DNA from: an uncultured Chloroflexia bacterium
GTDB lineage: Bacteria > Chloroflexota > Anaerolineae > Anaerolineales > Anaerolineaceae
Length of the DNA: 64,000 nucleotides
Reading direction: 5' to 3'
Assembly: GCA_963831305.1 (NCBI GenBank)
Contig: CAWHPL010000001.1
Span: forward strand, 175,352-239,351
Positions within the stretch are counted from its first letter, which is position 1. Every line of letters begins with the position of its first letter. The position numbers and the translations under genes were made by a program. Shown here one piece after another: positions 1-8,907 of the stretch. The notes below the pieces were generated by a model. That model saw nothing but the letters and a program-made list of their open reading frames with translations, ran no database searches and was not told the origin of the DNA.

Positions 1-462
1 GGTTTTACTTGCGCCGTCCGATATTCTTAAATGGGTTATTGCCAACTCGCTTAGATCGAAAGCGCCTTCATTGGCACCTGTTGAGATATTTAGTTCAATT
101 GGATCAGAACCAAATTGTAAATCCCAGGTATTTACGATCTGTCCGTTTGGAATGCCAACCGAGGTTGTGTTTGGTTGAGTGACCTTAATAGCATTTCCTG
201 AGTTGGTGATTATGGGTTCCCAATTCGCTACGTTGTAATCTACTGTTCCCTCAAGCGTTGAGATTGCACCAGCTGCGATATTAAGGCTGCCAGCGCCCAT
301 TTCAATTGTAATTGTGATGGGTTCGCTACTTGCTCCAGCAGTTTCGTTAATTGTCTTGGTTTCTGTTACCCCGGTGCGGATCTGAGGTACGTTGACAGAC
401 AAACTACAGGCAATTAAACTTCCGGCTAAAAGAAGTAAAACAAAAAATTTTATAGGTTTCAT
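1..462 (-). CDS. lipoprotein with beta-rich toast-rack/LiaF-C-like repeats (3' end cut by window edge)
   Basis: Hand translation of the minus strand from the ATG at 462 (GGAGG RBS a few nt upstream) gives MKPIKFFVLLLLAGSLIACS (lipobox). It continues ...IEMGAGSLNIAAGAI...LNISTGANEGAFDLSEL and stays in frame to position 1. Not in the ORF track because it is truncated. Confidence 0.6.
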   Translation of the reverse strand, partial: MKPIKFFVLLLLAGSLIACSLSVNVPQIRTGVTETKTINETAGASSEPITITIEMGAGSLNIAAGAISTLEGTVDYNVANWEPIITNSGNAIKVTQPNTTSVGIPNGQIVNTWDLQFGSDPIELNISTGANEGAFDLSELAITHLRISDGASKT

Positions 463-484
463 CAATCGTCCTCCATGAGTGTAT

Positions 485-1516
485 TTATTTACGCTCTTCC
501 GGATTCTCCATTGCAACTGGCAGGTCTTCTTTTGGGGGAAGAACAGAATGGATCAAGCTTTTGGCATACTTTTCCGATCCAAAGCGGGAGATGATGACTG
601 CACCGAGACCAAAGAGGACGATGATTCCACCGATCAGCCAGCCAGCGCAGGGGATCATTGTGGCAAATCCGGTGATCAGGCTAAGTAGCAGCACCCCAAT
701 ACCGGCGCTGATGGCAGGATGCCAGTCTACATGGAAGATGCTTTCAATACGGTCACCGATCTCATGACCGGCTGCCATCCAGCCAAAAAGCAATGCAAAT
801 ATAAAGAGAATGACTGTGAGGATCATCACAGGAATGAGAATGATGGTAATCGTAAGAAGGACAAGGACGATCGGCAAGACAACAATTGTCAGGAGTCCGA
901 CTCCACCAGCGACCAGCGGTTGGGCTGTGATGGTTGCCGATACCCTTTTTACCTGATGCGGAAGGATCAAGCCAAGGATTACAGCCAATGCACTAATAGC
1001 CAGGGATTCAAAGGTGATGGCTAGCGCTCTTGTTAAGGGATCATTATTGGACTTGAATGGGGAGAGCACATTTCCAGTATTTTTGAAGTTGAAAAGAGAT
1101 GGGCTTTGTTCAGTAATTTCGCCATTGATCACGGCAAGGGGAGAACGCTTTAACGTCGCACCGATGAGAACCAGATTGCCATTTACCACTGCTGAATCAT
1201 CAAGGGTTATTGCACCGCCAATGGCAATGATATCGCCATGGAGAGTGCCTGATAATGTGAGTGTGCCGCCGGATAGGATGGTATCACCTGACATCGTTGC
1301 GCCATTTTCAATTGTTGCGGTGCCCCCCACGATTGCGAGGTTGCCTGTCAGGGTGTTCCCTGAGGTTAACCGATAAGTATTACCTATGACGAGTTGATCA
1401 CCTGTGTAATTGGTGCCTGGTGTTGGAGTTGGGTCCTGGGCAAATACCAATCCTGTTGGGAGGATGATCAATGCCAATATGAGAGGAATAACAAGGAATT
1501 TTAGATAATTTTTCAT
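485..1516 (-). CDS. membrane protein: signal peptide, beta-helical (bactofilin/polymer-forming-like) repeat ectodomain, multi-TM C-terminus
   Basis: Internal start MKNYLKFLVIPLILALIILPTGLVFAQ at 1516 forms an ATGA overlap with the stop of the upstream anti-sigma gene. Repeats of the GDTILSGGTLTLSG / GDIIAIGGAITLD type are followed by a hydrophobic C-terminal third. Confidence 0.6.
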   Translation of the reverse strand: MKNYLKFLVIPLILALIILPTGLVFAQDPTPTPGTNYTGDQLVIGNTYRLTSGNTLTGNLAIVGGTATIENGATMSGDTILSGGTLTLSGTLHGDIIAIGGAITLDDSAVVNGNLVLIGATLKRSPLAVINGEITEQSPSLFNFKNTGNVLSPFKSNNDPLTRALAITFESLAISALAVILGLILPHQVKRVSATITAQPLVAGGVGLLTIVVLPIVLVLLTITIILIPVMILTVILFIFALLFGWMAAGHEIGDRIESIFHVDWHPAISAGIGVLLLSLITGFATMIPCAGWLIGGIIVLFGLGAVIISRFGSEKYAKSLIHSVLPPKEDLPVAMENPEERK

Positions 1517-2049
1517 TTTTCCACCACTTTTTTGAGAGAAACCTTCCAGACCGAGACACCCCAAGCTGCGACAACGAGTAAAATCCAACCGGCAAGCATC
1601 GCTCCGATGACAATAAGGGTGGTGGTTGGAGCAACTTTCATCAAACTGAGAAGGAGTGACCATATTTGTTTTACTGATTCAATGATGCGTACTATTGCAG
1701 AGGATATGGTCACGATGACAGAAATCAAGGAGATTTTGGGGAGAAGAATAGCTCCCAGAGCAATCAGTACCATTACAGCGCTTCCAATAAGACTGAAGAG
1801 AAGAGTTTTTGCATCTTTCCTCTTTTGATTTTCCTTGAAGAGTACCAAATTGGATTGCCAGGTACTGACAAAAAACTTTGGCGCTTTTTGGGCGGGAGTG
1901 GTGACAACCTGTCGTTGCACTTCCTGCCAGGATGTTTGTAAACGAGCACACTGAGAACAGCCTTTCAGGTGTTCCTTTAAAAGTTCTTTGTTTTCGGCGG
2001 TTTCAGGATTACCGTCAAGGATCCAGGTTTCAAATGGCTGGTGATTCAT
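1513..2049 (-). CDS. anti-sigma factor (zf-HC2 type) with TM segments
   Basis: HLKGCSQCARL matches the H-x3-C-x2-C motif. The AGGAG RBS favours the ATG at 2049 (MNHQPFETW). It lies directly downstream of, and overlaps, the ECF sigma gene. Confidence 0.7.
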   Translation of the reverse strand: MNHQPFETWILDGNPETAENKELLKEHLKGCSQCARLQTSWQEVQRQVVTTPAQKAPKFFVSTWQSNLVLFKENQKRKDAKTLLFSLIGSAVMVLIALGAILLPKISLISVIVTISSAIVRIIESVKQIWSLLLSLMKVAPTTTLIVIGAMLAGWILLVVAAWGVSVWKVSLKKVVEK

Positions 2050-2623
2050 ATTTTCTCCTTTCATTTTCTGGAGAGAGAGTTGAAGTTGTAATTAAAGTGG
2101 CCAGCTCTTTCCGTGAACGGTGAAGTCGGCTTTTTACAGCGCTAACCGATAAATTAAGCATTTCAGCGATTTCTGCCTCCGAACAATCGTGCCAATATTT
2201 AAGTATTACGGTTGCCCGATCAATAGGTTGCAGGTTGTTTATCAGGTTGTGAAGTGCTGTATTTTCCTCATTTGATTTGAGTTCCATTTCCGGACTGGGA
2301 AGATTAGGGTCTCCCAGGTCAAAGTCCGGAAATTCGTCCAGTTCAAATAATGGGAGCCTTCGTTTTCGCTGCTGGTCAATACAATAATGGGCAGCAATTG
2401 AAAGAATCCAGGTGATGAAGGAGCGCTGCGGGTCGTAGTGTTTCAGGTTTTGATACGCACGCCAAAATGTTTCCTGCGCGGCATCTTCTGCCGCTCCTCC
2501 CTCACCGAGCATTCGATAACACATGTTGTAAACTGGATTTTGATAGGTTTCAACAAGCTTTGTAAAAGCTTCGTCGTCACCAAGGCATGCTTTGTCAATC
2601 CATTCGCGCTCTAAGTTGGGCAC
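2030..2623 (-). CDS. ECF-type RNA polymerase sigma-70 family factor
   Basis: 197 aa with region 2 (FTKLVETYQNPVYNMCYRMLG, DAAQETFWRAY) and region 4 (EIAEMLNLSVSAVKSRLHRSRKEL). GTG start. Confidence 0.85.
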   Translation of the reverse strand: MPNLEREWIDKACLGDDEAFTKLVETYQNPVYNMCYRMLGEGGAAEDAAQETFWRAYQNLKHYDPQRSFITWILSIAAHYCIDQQRKRRLPLFELDEFPDFDLGDPNLPSPEMELKSNEENTALHNLINNLQPIDRATVILKYWHDCSEAEIAEMLNLSVSAVKSRLHRSRKELATLITTSTLSPENERRKYESPAI

Positions 2624-2725
2624 TACAACACCATGTTCTCAAATGTTCTACTTGATATACGATGTAACTGGGCATAAGTTGCATGGCCGTCCTTCTAAAA
2701 TATGAACTGTGATTCACATCGATTT

Positions 2726-3361
2726 TTAGAAGGTTAGTTCTTCTTTTCCGGACAATTTTGCCTGAATACGCTCGACAACCGTATCCAGATGTTTGGACTT
2801 GTGGACGAAATCCAGGTCGTCGGTCCGCAAAGTCAACACGGGGCAAAGGTCAAAGTTGGCTACCCAATCTGTGTAGTAAGAATCGAGAAGCGTAAGATAA
2901 TCAGGGCTGATGGAAGTTTCGATCTCGCGACCGCGTTTTTGAATGCGTTTGATCAAGACTTCAACTGGGGCTTTTAGATAAATAAGCAAAGAAGGTGGAG
3001 GCAGATTCTTTGTAACCAGGCTAAATACTTGTTGGTAAGTTTGGTAGTCACGCTCATTGATGTTTCCCATGCTGCGTAATGCGCGTGCAAAAATGTAGGC
3101 GTCTTCGTAGATGCTGCGGTCAATAATGGCTGATTGGACATCTTCAAAAAGATCCAAATGCTGTTGGGCGCGGTGACCGAGGAAAAAGACCTGCAAATGA
3201 AATGACCAGGCTTTCATATTCGCATAGAAATCCGGCAGGTATGGATTATCAGCCACAGATTCATACGCAGTTTTCCATCCCAGCTTTTCCCCAATCCGTT
3301 CAGTTAACGAGGTTTTACCGGATCCGATGTTTCCAGCTACTAGAATCAGCCTTTTTTGCAT
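2726..3361 (-). CDS. deoxynucleoside kinase (dAK/dGK family)
   Basis: P-loop GNIGSGKTS, ERS-like DRSIYED, and a C-terminal lid RIQKRGREIE. AAGGAG RBS before the ATG at 3361. Confidence 0.8.
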   Translation of the reverse strand: MQKRLILVAGNIGSGKTSLTERIGEKLGWKTAYESVADNPYLPDFYANMKAWSFHLQVFFLGHRAQQHLDLFEDVQSAIIDRSIYEDAYIFARALRSMGNINERDYQTYQQVFSLVTKNLPPPSLLIYLKAPVEVLIKRIQKRGREIETSISPDYLTLLDSYYTDWVANFDLCPVLTLRTDDLDFVHKSKHLDTVVERIQAKLSGKEELTF

Positions 3362-3459
3362 GAGACACTCCTTCAAAATGGAATCAAAAGTAATTATATG
3401 CTATATCATCTTGTTTATTTTATAGGTCATGGGATAATTCATGCAAAGGAATAATCATC

Positions 3460-4773
3460 ATGAATTCATTTGAACAAAGACAATCGTTGTTCCCAATCAC
3501 TGCCACGGTGAATTCTGATGGCCAACTGGAAGTTGCCGGATTGACTTTATCAGCATTGACCAAAAAATATGGCACACCTCTCTATATCTATGATGCTGCG
3601 ACTATCATTGAGCAGGTTTCCAATTTGGACTTATTGTTGCGCGATAATTATGTAGGTACTTCTGCGATTGCGTATGCATCAAAGGCTTATTTCTCTTTGG
3701 CGTTTGCCGGGAAACTGGCGAAACTTGGAATTGGTGCCGACTTGATCACTATCGGGGATATCCGCACAGCCCAAAAAGCAAAGCTGGATCCTCAAAAACT
3801 CCATTTGCATGGCAATAACAAATCTGAGGAAGAGATAAAGGCTGCCCTGATTTGGGGGATAGGGGCGATCGTGGTTGACAGCCTGGATGAACTATCGTTC
3901 TTGGAGATGATTGCCGCTGACATGAAGACAGTTGCAAAGATCTGGTTGCGTATCACGCCTGACATTGCTGTTGATACGCATCGCCACATTCAAACCTCTC
4001 ACGCTGCTTCCAAATTTGGATTACATATATCCGACGGACAAGCCGGAAAAGCGATCAGACAGGCGATGAGCAGTAAATCTATTGATCTCGCAGGTTTGCA
4101 CACCCATTTGGGATCTCAATTGCGTGATACGCAGGTTTATGAACAAGCCATCGCGAAAATGTACTGCGTTGCTGCTGAAAATGACTTTGCCCCACGGGAG
4201 TTTTCTGTTGGTGGCGGGTGGGGTGTTCGTTATACCGAAGAAGACAAGCCGAATGATCCAGCGGAGTGGATTGAGGCGATTTCGCGGAGTATCGTAAGCG
4301 AGTGTGAACAGCGGGGATGGGCATTGCCACATCTCGTGATCGAACCCGGTCGGTTGATGGTTGCCAGGGCAGGGGTAGCGCTTTACACAATTGGTTCCCA
4401 GAAGCAAACCCCGGAGGGGCAAAACATCGTTGCGGTTGATGGGGGTATTGCGGATAACCCCCGCGTTGCACTTTACAGCGCAAAATACACAGCAATGGTA
4501 GCGAATAAGGCAAATGCAAAGAATGTGAAACACTCACGTGTTGTTGGAAAATTCTGTGAAACTGGCGATGTGCTGATTGATGAGGTTGACATGCCTGAGG
4601 TGGTTCGTGGGGACATTCTTGCAATTCCGGTTGCGGGGGCATATCAATTGAGCATGTCATCCAATTACAATTTTGCCACCCGACCCACCGTACTTTGGCT
4701 TGAAAACGCAAATGTGGAAGTGATGCAGGCGCGTGAACGTCCGGAAGATAGCGCGTGGTGGTCAAACGTGTAA
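3460..4773 (+). CDS. lysA: diaminopimelate decarboxylase
   Basis: 437 aa fold-III PLP decarboxylase: YASKA (PLP Lys), HTHLGSQ, GGGWGVRY, EPGRLMVA, CETGD, GAYQLSMSSNYN. Confidence 0.9.
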   Translation: MNSFEQRQSLFPITATVNSDGQLEVAGLTLSALTKKYGTPLYIYDAATIIEQVSNLDLLLRDNYVGTSAIAYASKAYFSLAFAGKLAKLGIGADLITIGDIRTAQKAKLDPQKLHLHGNNKSEEEIKAALIWGIGAIVVDSLDELSFLEMIAADMKTVAKIWLRITPDIAVDTHRHIQTSHAASKFGLHISDGQAGKAIRQAMSSKSIDLAGLHTHLGSQLRDTQVYEQAIAKMYCVAAENDFAPREFSVGGGWGVRYTEEDKPNDPAEWIEAISRSIVSECEQRGWALPHLVIEPGRLMVARAGVALYTIGSQKQTPEGQNIVAVDGGIADNPRVALYSAKYTAMVANKANAKNVKHSRVVGKFCETGDVLIDEVDMPEVVRGDILAIPVAGAYQLSMSSNYNFATRPTVLWLENANVEVMQARERPEDSAWWSNV

Positions 4774-4857
4774 TTGATCTAAAAGGAACTATTTCGCCAT
4801 ATTTGTGTTATACTCTTTAAGTTATAGAAAGAGTAATTAGTAAATCGCGCTTGGTCA

Positions 4858-4890
4858 AATACCCTGCCGGTTCCGGAAGGGTATTTTTTT
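4858..4890 (+). terminator. rho-independent terminator after lysA
   Basis: aataccct(gccggttccgga)agggtatt stem followed by T7. Confidence 0.75.
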
Positions 4891-4906
4891 GTGAAATTGG
4901 AGAAAA

Positions 4907-6578
4907 ATGAAGGCTTTTGAAGAACTGGGATTATCCCAGGAGTATTTGAGCTCAGTTGAAAAATTGGAATACACTGAGCCAACCCCGATCCAGATTGCGG
5001 CTATTCCGCCTTTGCTTGAGGGACGTGATCTAATCGGACAGGCACAAACTGGCACTGGTAAAACTGCAGCATTTATGCTGCCTTTGTTACAACGGCTGGA
5101 CAATTCTGTTTCTGGTGTAAAAGCATTGATTTTAGCGCCAACAAGAGAACTTGCAAAACAGGTTACTGACGCTGGAAAAGCACTTGCACAAAAAACAAAC
5201 TGTTAAGATTATCTCGGTTTATGGCGGGCAATCTTATTCAATTCAGTTGAGAGCATTGGAACGCGGTGTGGATGTGGTGGTTGGAACCCCGGGCAGGCTG
5301 CTCGATTTGATCCATCAGAAGCATCCTGGATTTGAGCCACGTAAGCACTTTGATCATTGACGAAGCAGATGAAATGCTGGCGATGGGGTTTATTGAAGAT
5401 GTTGAGTTGATCCTCCGCGAGTTATCGGATAAACGCCAGGTGGCTCTTTTTAGCGCTACACTACCGGAGCGTATCCGAAAACTGTCTGAACGGTATCTGA
5501 ATAACCCGGTGAAAATTGCCATCAACCCTAAGGCAATCACAGTTGCTGAAATTGAGCAGCGATGTTACCGCGTAAGAGAAGAATCCAAGATTTCGGCGCT
5601 AACACGCTTGCTGGAGATCGAAGACGTCAGCAGTGCGTTGATCTTTACCCGCACCAAGGCGAGAGCACAGGACCTTTCTGAGGATCTACTGCGCATGGGT
5701 TTTGCCGCCGATGCCCTGCATGGTGATTTGAACCAGAATCGCCGTGAGCTTGTGCTGAACCGTTTCCGTAATGGGACTGTGAAAATCCTGGTGGCGACCG
5801 ATGTGGCTGCCCGTGGTTTGGATGTGGCAAATGTAAGCCATGTGCTCAATTTTGATCTACCCGCTGATAACGATGATTATGTTCATCGCATTGGTCGAAC
5901 TGGCAGAGCTGGCAAGACTGGCATCGCCATTTCTTTCATCACGCCAAAGGAACGTAACTGGGCGAATCAGATCCAATCGTTCACCCGGCAACCGCTGCGT
6001 GAATCAAATCTGCCGGATGTGGCTGAGGTTGAGCAAAAACGCGCTGAGCGGCTTATGGATCGCATCGAAGGACAACTTCTGGCTGGCGCGAATTCTTCGG
6101 AACGCGCATTGATCAGCAAATTAGTGGAGCGCGGATTTGACGCTGCGTCTATCGCAGTTGGCGCCATCCGTCTGCTCAGAGCAAATGAGGGCGAGCTGAA
6201 AACCGTTGAGTTGAAGCTCCGCGAGCTGAGAGAACAGCGAGAAGCAGCTCCAGAATCCGAGCAAACAAGGCGCGCAAGTGGCCAAAATCGTACGACCAGA
6301 ATGGTAGAAAACCCAAAGGCGGTCATCGCTCCAATGAAGATGGAATGGTGCGCTTGTGGATGAACCTCGGCAACACCAATGGAATCCGACCGGGTGATGT
6401 GGTTGGAGCAATCGCGAGTGAATCCGGGATACCGGGGCAGGCGATTGGCGTGATCGACATCCAAAAGGATCATACATTCGTGGATGTCATGGAACAACAC
6501 GTGGCTGTGGTGCTGAGCAGCAGTGAAGGCAAGTATAAATTACGGGGTAAACCCGTGATCTTACGGAAAGCCGGCTAG
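4907..6578 (+). pseudogene. DEAD-box ATP-dependent RNA helicase (DeaD/CshA-like, DbpA-type C-terminal domain), disrupted by three frameshifts as sequenced
   Basis: ORF pieces 4907-5206, 5151-5360, 5332-6363 and 6345-6578 read as one protein. Motifs in order: [46 protein letters not shown], then GIRPGDVVGAI...IGVIDI. Frame changes occur at the A6 run 5190-5195, within 5313-5325, and somewhere in 6240-6345. Confidence 0.85.
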
Positions 6579-6583
6579 ATTAG

Positions 6584-6614
6584 AAAATCCTTGGGAACCC
6601 CAAGGATTTTTTTT
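6584..6614. terminator. hairpin terminator between the convergent helicase and degV genes
   Basis: aaaatccttgg(gaacc)ccaaggatttt stem with T8 on the plus side and A4 on the other. Confidence 0.7.
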
Positions 6615-6622
6615 ATAAGATA

Positions 6623-7477
6623 CTACTCTTTTGCCACCAGGACGCACCCGATGGTGCCAACCCCGGTATGGGCTGATAGGCCGGGACCGAAATTGTAGAT
6701 GCTTGTATCCGCGGGGAGTTTTACCCGTTTTTGCAGGAGCGCTTTGAATTCTTCAGCGCCAGTTTGATTTAAGACCTGAATCACAGCCGCGCGCTCGATT
6801 TGACGTTCTCCAACAGAGTTGGCTAAAAGCTCCACCAAGCGCTCCATGGCGACCTTTTTTGTGCGCACTTTTTCGAGCAAATCCAGTTTACCGTTCACCA
6901 TAGTGAGGATGGGTTTGATATTGAGCAAATTACCCATGTTGGCGGCCAGGTTACTTACACGGCCCCCAAGCGCAAGGTATTTGAGGGTATCCAGGGCACC
7001 GTAAAGGTAGGTGCGGGGGATGAGGCTGCAGGCGGCGGCGACCGCTTCTTCATGGGTGGCACCGGTTTTCAACGCTTCGACGGCGGTGATGGCGATGAAC
7101 CCCTGCGCCAGGCTGAGGTGTTCAGAATCAACAATGGTGATTTTGCGCTCAGTCATTTCGCCAGCGGCAATAAGCGCGGATTCGTACGTGCGGCTGATGG
7201 CGCTGCCCACGGTGACACAGATTACAGAATCTGCACCGGAATCAAACGCGTTTTGGAAAGCGCTTGAGAACGCGGCAGGGGATGGGGCGGCAGTGGTGGG
7301 CAGCTTGCCCGATTTATCGATGCGGGCGAACATTGAAGGATTATCCAGCTCAAAACAATCCTTATAGGAATCGGCGCCGAATTGCACCGTGATGGGAACC
7401 TGGACAATGTTTAATTCTTTTGCCAGATCCAAGGGTAAATTTGCATCTGTATCGGTTATTACATGAACTTTTGACAT
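6623..7477 (-). CDS. DegV family fatty-acid-binding protein
   Basis: MSKVHVITDTDANLP..., TTAAPSP, and a typical DegV length. GAGGTG RBS before the ATG at 7477. Confidence 0.85.
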   Translation of the reverse strand: MSKVHVITDTDANLPLDLAKELNIVQVPITVQFGADSYKDCFELDNPSMFARIDKSGKLPTTAAPSPAAFSSAFQNAFDSGADSVICVTVGSAISRTYESALIAAGEMTERKITIVDSEHLSLAQGFIAITAVEALKTGATHEEAVAAACSLIPRTYLYGALDTLKYLALGGRVSNLAANMGNLLNIKPILTMVNGKLDLLEKVRTKKVAMERLVELLANSVGERQIERAAVIQVLNQTGAEEFKALLQKRVKLPADTSIYNFGPGLSAHTGVGTIGCVLVAKE

Positions 7478-7597
7478 ATCAATCACCTCGATTGGGAGGA
7501 ATAAAAACTTCACTTATTATAACCAACGGATTTGCAAAAAGATGTGACCGAAGGTAGATTTTGTTAATCCCAAGTGGGAACTCTGATGAATAGATGA

Positions 7598-7624
7598 AAA
7601 GAGAGGATTGTTGATCCTCTCTTT
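7598..7624 (-). terminator. rho-independent terminator after the GlsB-family gene
   Basis: aaagagagga(ttgttga)tcctctcttt hairpin. On the minus strand it is followed by TTTTC. Confidence 0.6.
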
Positions 7625-7633
7625 GGGGTTGAA

Positions 7634-7891
7634 CTAGCGGCGACGCCGAACGAGGCGCAAGATGAGGAGCACAACGATGGCTCCAATTATGGCACTAATG
7701 ACCTGCGACCAAAACCCGGAGCCGATGGATATGCCCAAAACAGAGAATAGCCACCCACCGAGAAAGCCACCGATGATGCCGACGATGATCTTGCCGAACA
7801 ATTTGAGGTTAATCCCCTTGATGATGAAATCTGCGACAATACCGGCGATAGCGCCGACGATGATCCAAACAAGAATATTGGTTAAGTTCAT
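7634..7891 (-). CDS. GlsB/YeaQ/YmgE family stress-response membrane protein
   Basis: 85 aa: IIVGAIAGIVADFI, GIIGGFLGGWLF, and a C-terminal RRRR tail. Confidence 0.8.
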   Translation of the reverse strand: MNLTNILVWIIVGAIAGIVADFIIKGINLKLFGKIIVGIIGGFLGGWLFSVLGISIGSGFWSQVISAIIGAIVVLLILRLVRRRR

Positions 7892-7974
7892 GATAGTCTC
7901 CTTTTTTATAACTATACCACTTTTGCTTTATTAGGACAATAATTGTCTAAATAATAAGGGATGGGATTACCCGA

Positions 7975-8066
7975 AAACCGAGAGGCGAAAAGCGAGAGGC
8001 GAGAGGCGAAAACCGAGAGGCGAAATACGAAAGACGAAAAGCGAGAGACGAGAGCCGAAAATACGG
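7975..8066. repeat. degenerate tandem repeat, about 14-nt unit cgagaggcgaaaa(c/g), almost T-free on the plus strand
   Basis: Read directly: cgagaggcgaaaag cgagaggcgagaggcgaaaac cgagaggcgaaata cgaaagacgaaaag cgagagacgagagccgaaaata. Confidence 0.8.
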
Positions 8067-8412
8067 AGATAAGTTGTTAAGGTTCAAGTTGGTTGCTGAT
8101 CTGCCCGGCAGACGAAAGATGATTCGTTTATTGGAATTGATGCCGGGAATAAAAAGAATCAATTCGAATAAATCAAATGCTGGCCCACAGTGGCACAGAG
8201 CACACAGGGAGAGCCAGACTGAAAAAGGACTTCCGTAATGGCGCAAAGCGTATAAGGGCAGGAGGAGTCGTTTGGATTTAAAAAGCGGGAACGAATAATA
8301 CGAATGCGTTTGCGCGATGGGGAGAGCGGGGATGTGCGATTGAGTACCATGACGCTATTATTGCATAAATGGGGGCGTGATGGGACTACCCAAATCGGCG
8401 AATTTTAAGCTA

Positions 8413-8457
8413 AAAACTTGCCAATTTGGCAAGTTTTGGGAGAATTTGGCAAGTTTT
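8413..8457. promoter_or_regulatory. operator-like site: 12-nt inverted repeat plus a third direct copy
   Basis: aaaacttgccaa-t-ttggcaagtttt (8413-8437) is a 25-bp palindrome. The 15-mer aatttggcaagtttt recurs at 8423-8437 and 8443-8457, 20 bp apart. Confidence 0.5.
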
Positions 8458-8907
8458 ACTAAAAAGAAAATGGCATAATTGAAAAAAACAGAATCCAGAA
8501 CTAAAATCATTTAGAAAGGGAAACCGAAGGAAATAATACAAAAATCAATGAATTATCACCAATAGGAATCGATTTTCGAAGGTTGATTTAGCGCTAGGAA
8601 AATAACTGAAATATTCTGTTTATTATGCGTCGCGATGCACCCTACTAACTGGAAATTTGGAAAACTCAAATTTTGTTGGGTAAGCTGCAGGATAATAACT
8701 TTAGAAAAATATCCAAAAAACTGAAATTAAAAATTGTTATTAATTTGATAAAAGGTTAAGTTTTATAAAATTAGTAATATACTAATAATATAATTGATAT
8801 TACATGTGGCTAATTGCATTTCATAGAATTTCAGAGCTAAAAGTGTATAATAGTTATTTTCTGGTTGGGATATTTGTTATGCTTTAATTTTTGAAGGGGC
8901 GGTAAAT

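Noticed and set aside
4021-4765. Long antisense ORFs (170 and 228 aa) inside lysA.
   Set aside because: They lie fully within a strongly supported lysA on the opposite strand. Their translations are low-complexity (Pro/Gln/His/Arg-rich) with no motifs.
7975-8066. Possible CRISPR array.
   Set aside because: The repeats are contiguous 7-14-nt units without spacers, and no cas genes are present.
7947-8350. Minus-strand ORFs of 99 and 63 aa in the glsB-to-islet gap.
   Set aside because: The reading frame is generated by the tandem repeat (SRFSPLASRFSPL...). There is no RBS or motif, so I treated it as non-coding repeat DNA.
8360-8400. tmRNA/tRNA-like start (gggggcgtgatggga...).
   Set aside because: No acceptor/T-arm pairing, no GGTTCGAATCC-type T-loop, and no downstream tag ORF could be traced.
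8842-8851. Possible -10 element (gtgtataat) for the ATPase gene.
   Set aside because: No acceptable -35 lies at 16-18 nt spacing, and AT-rich DNA gives many TATAAT-like hits. It is too weak to call.
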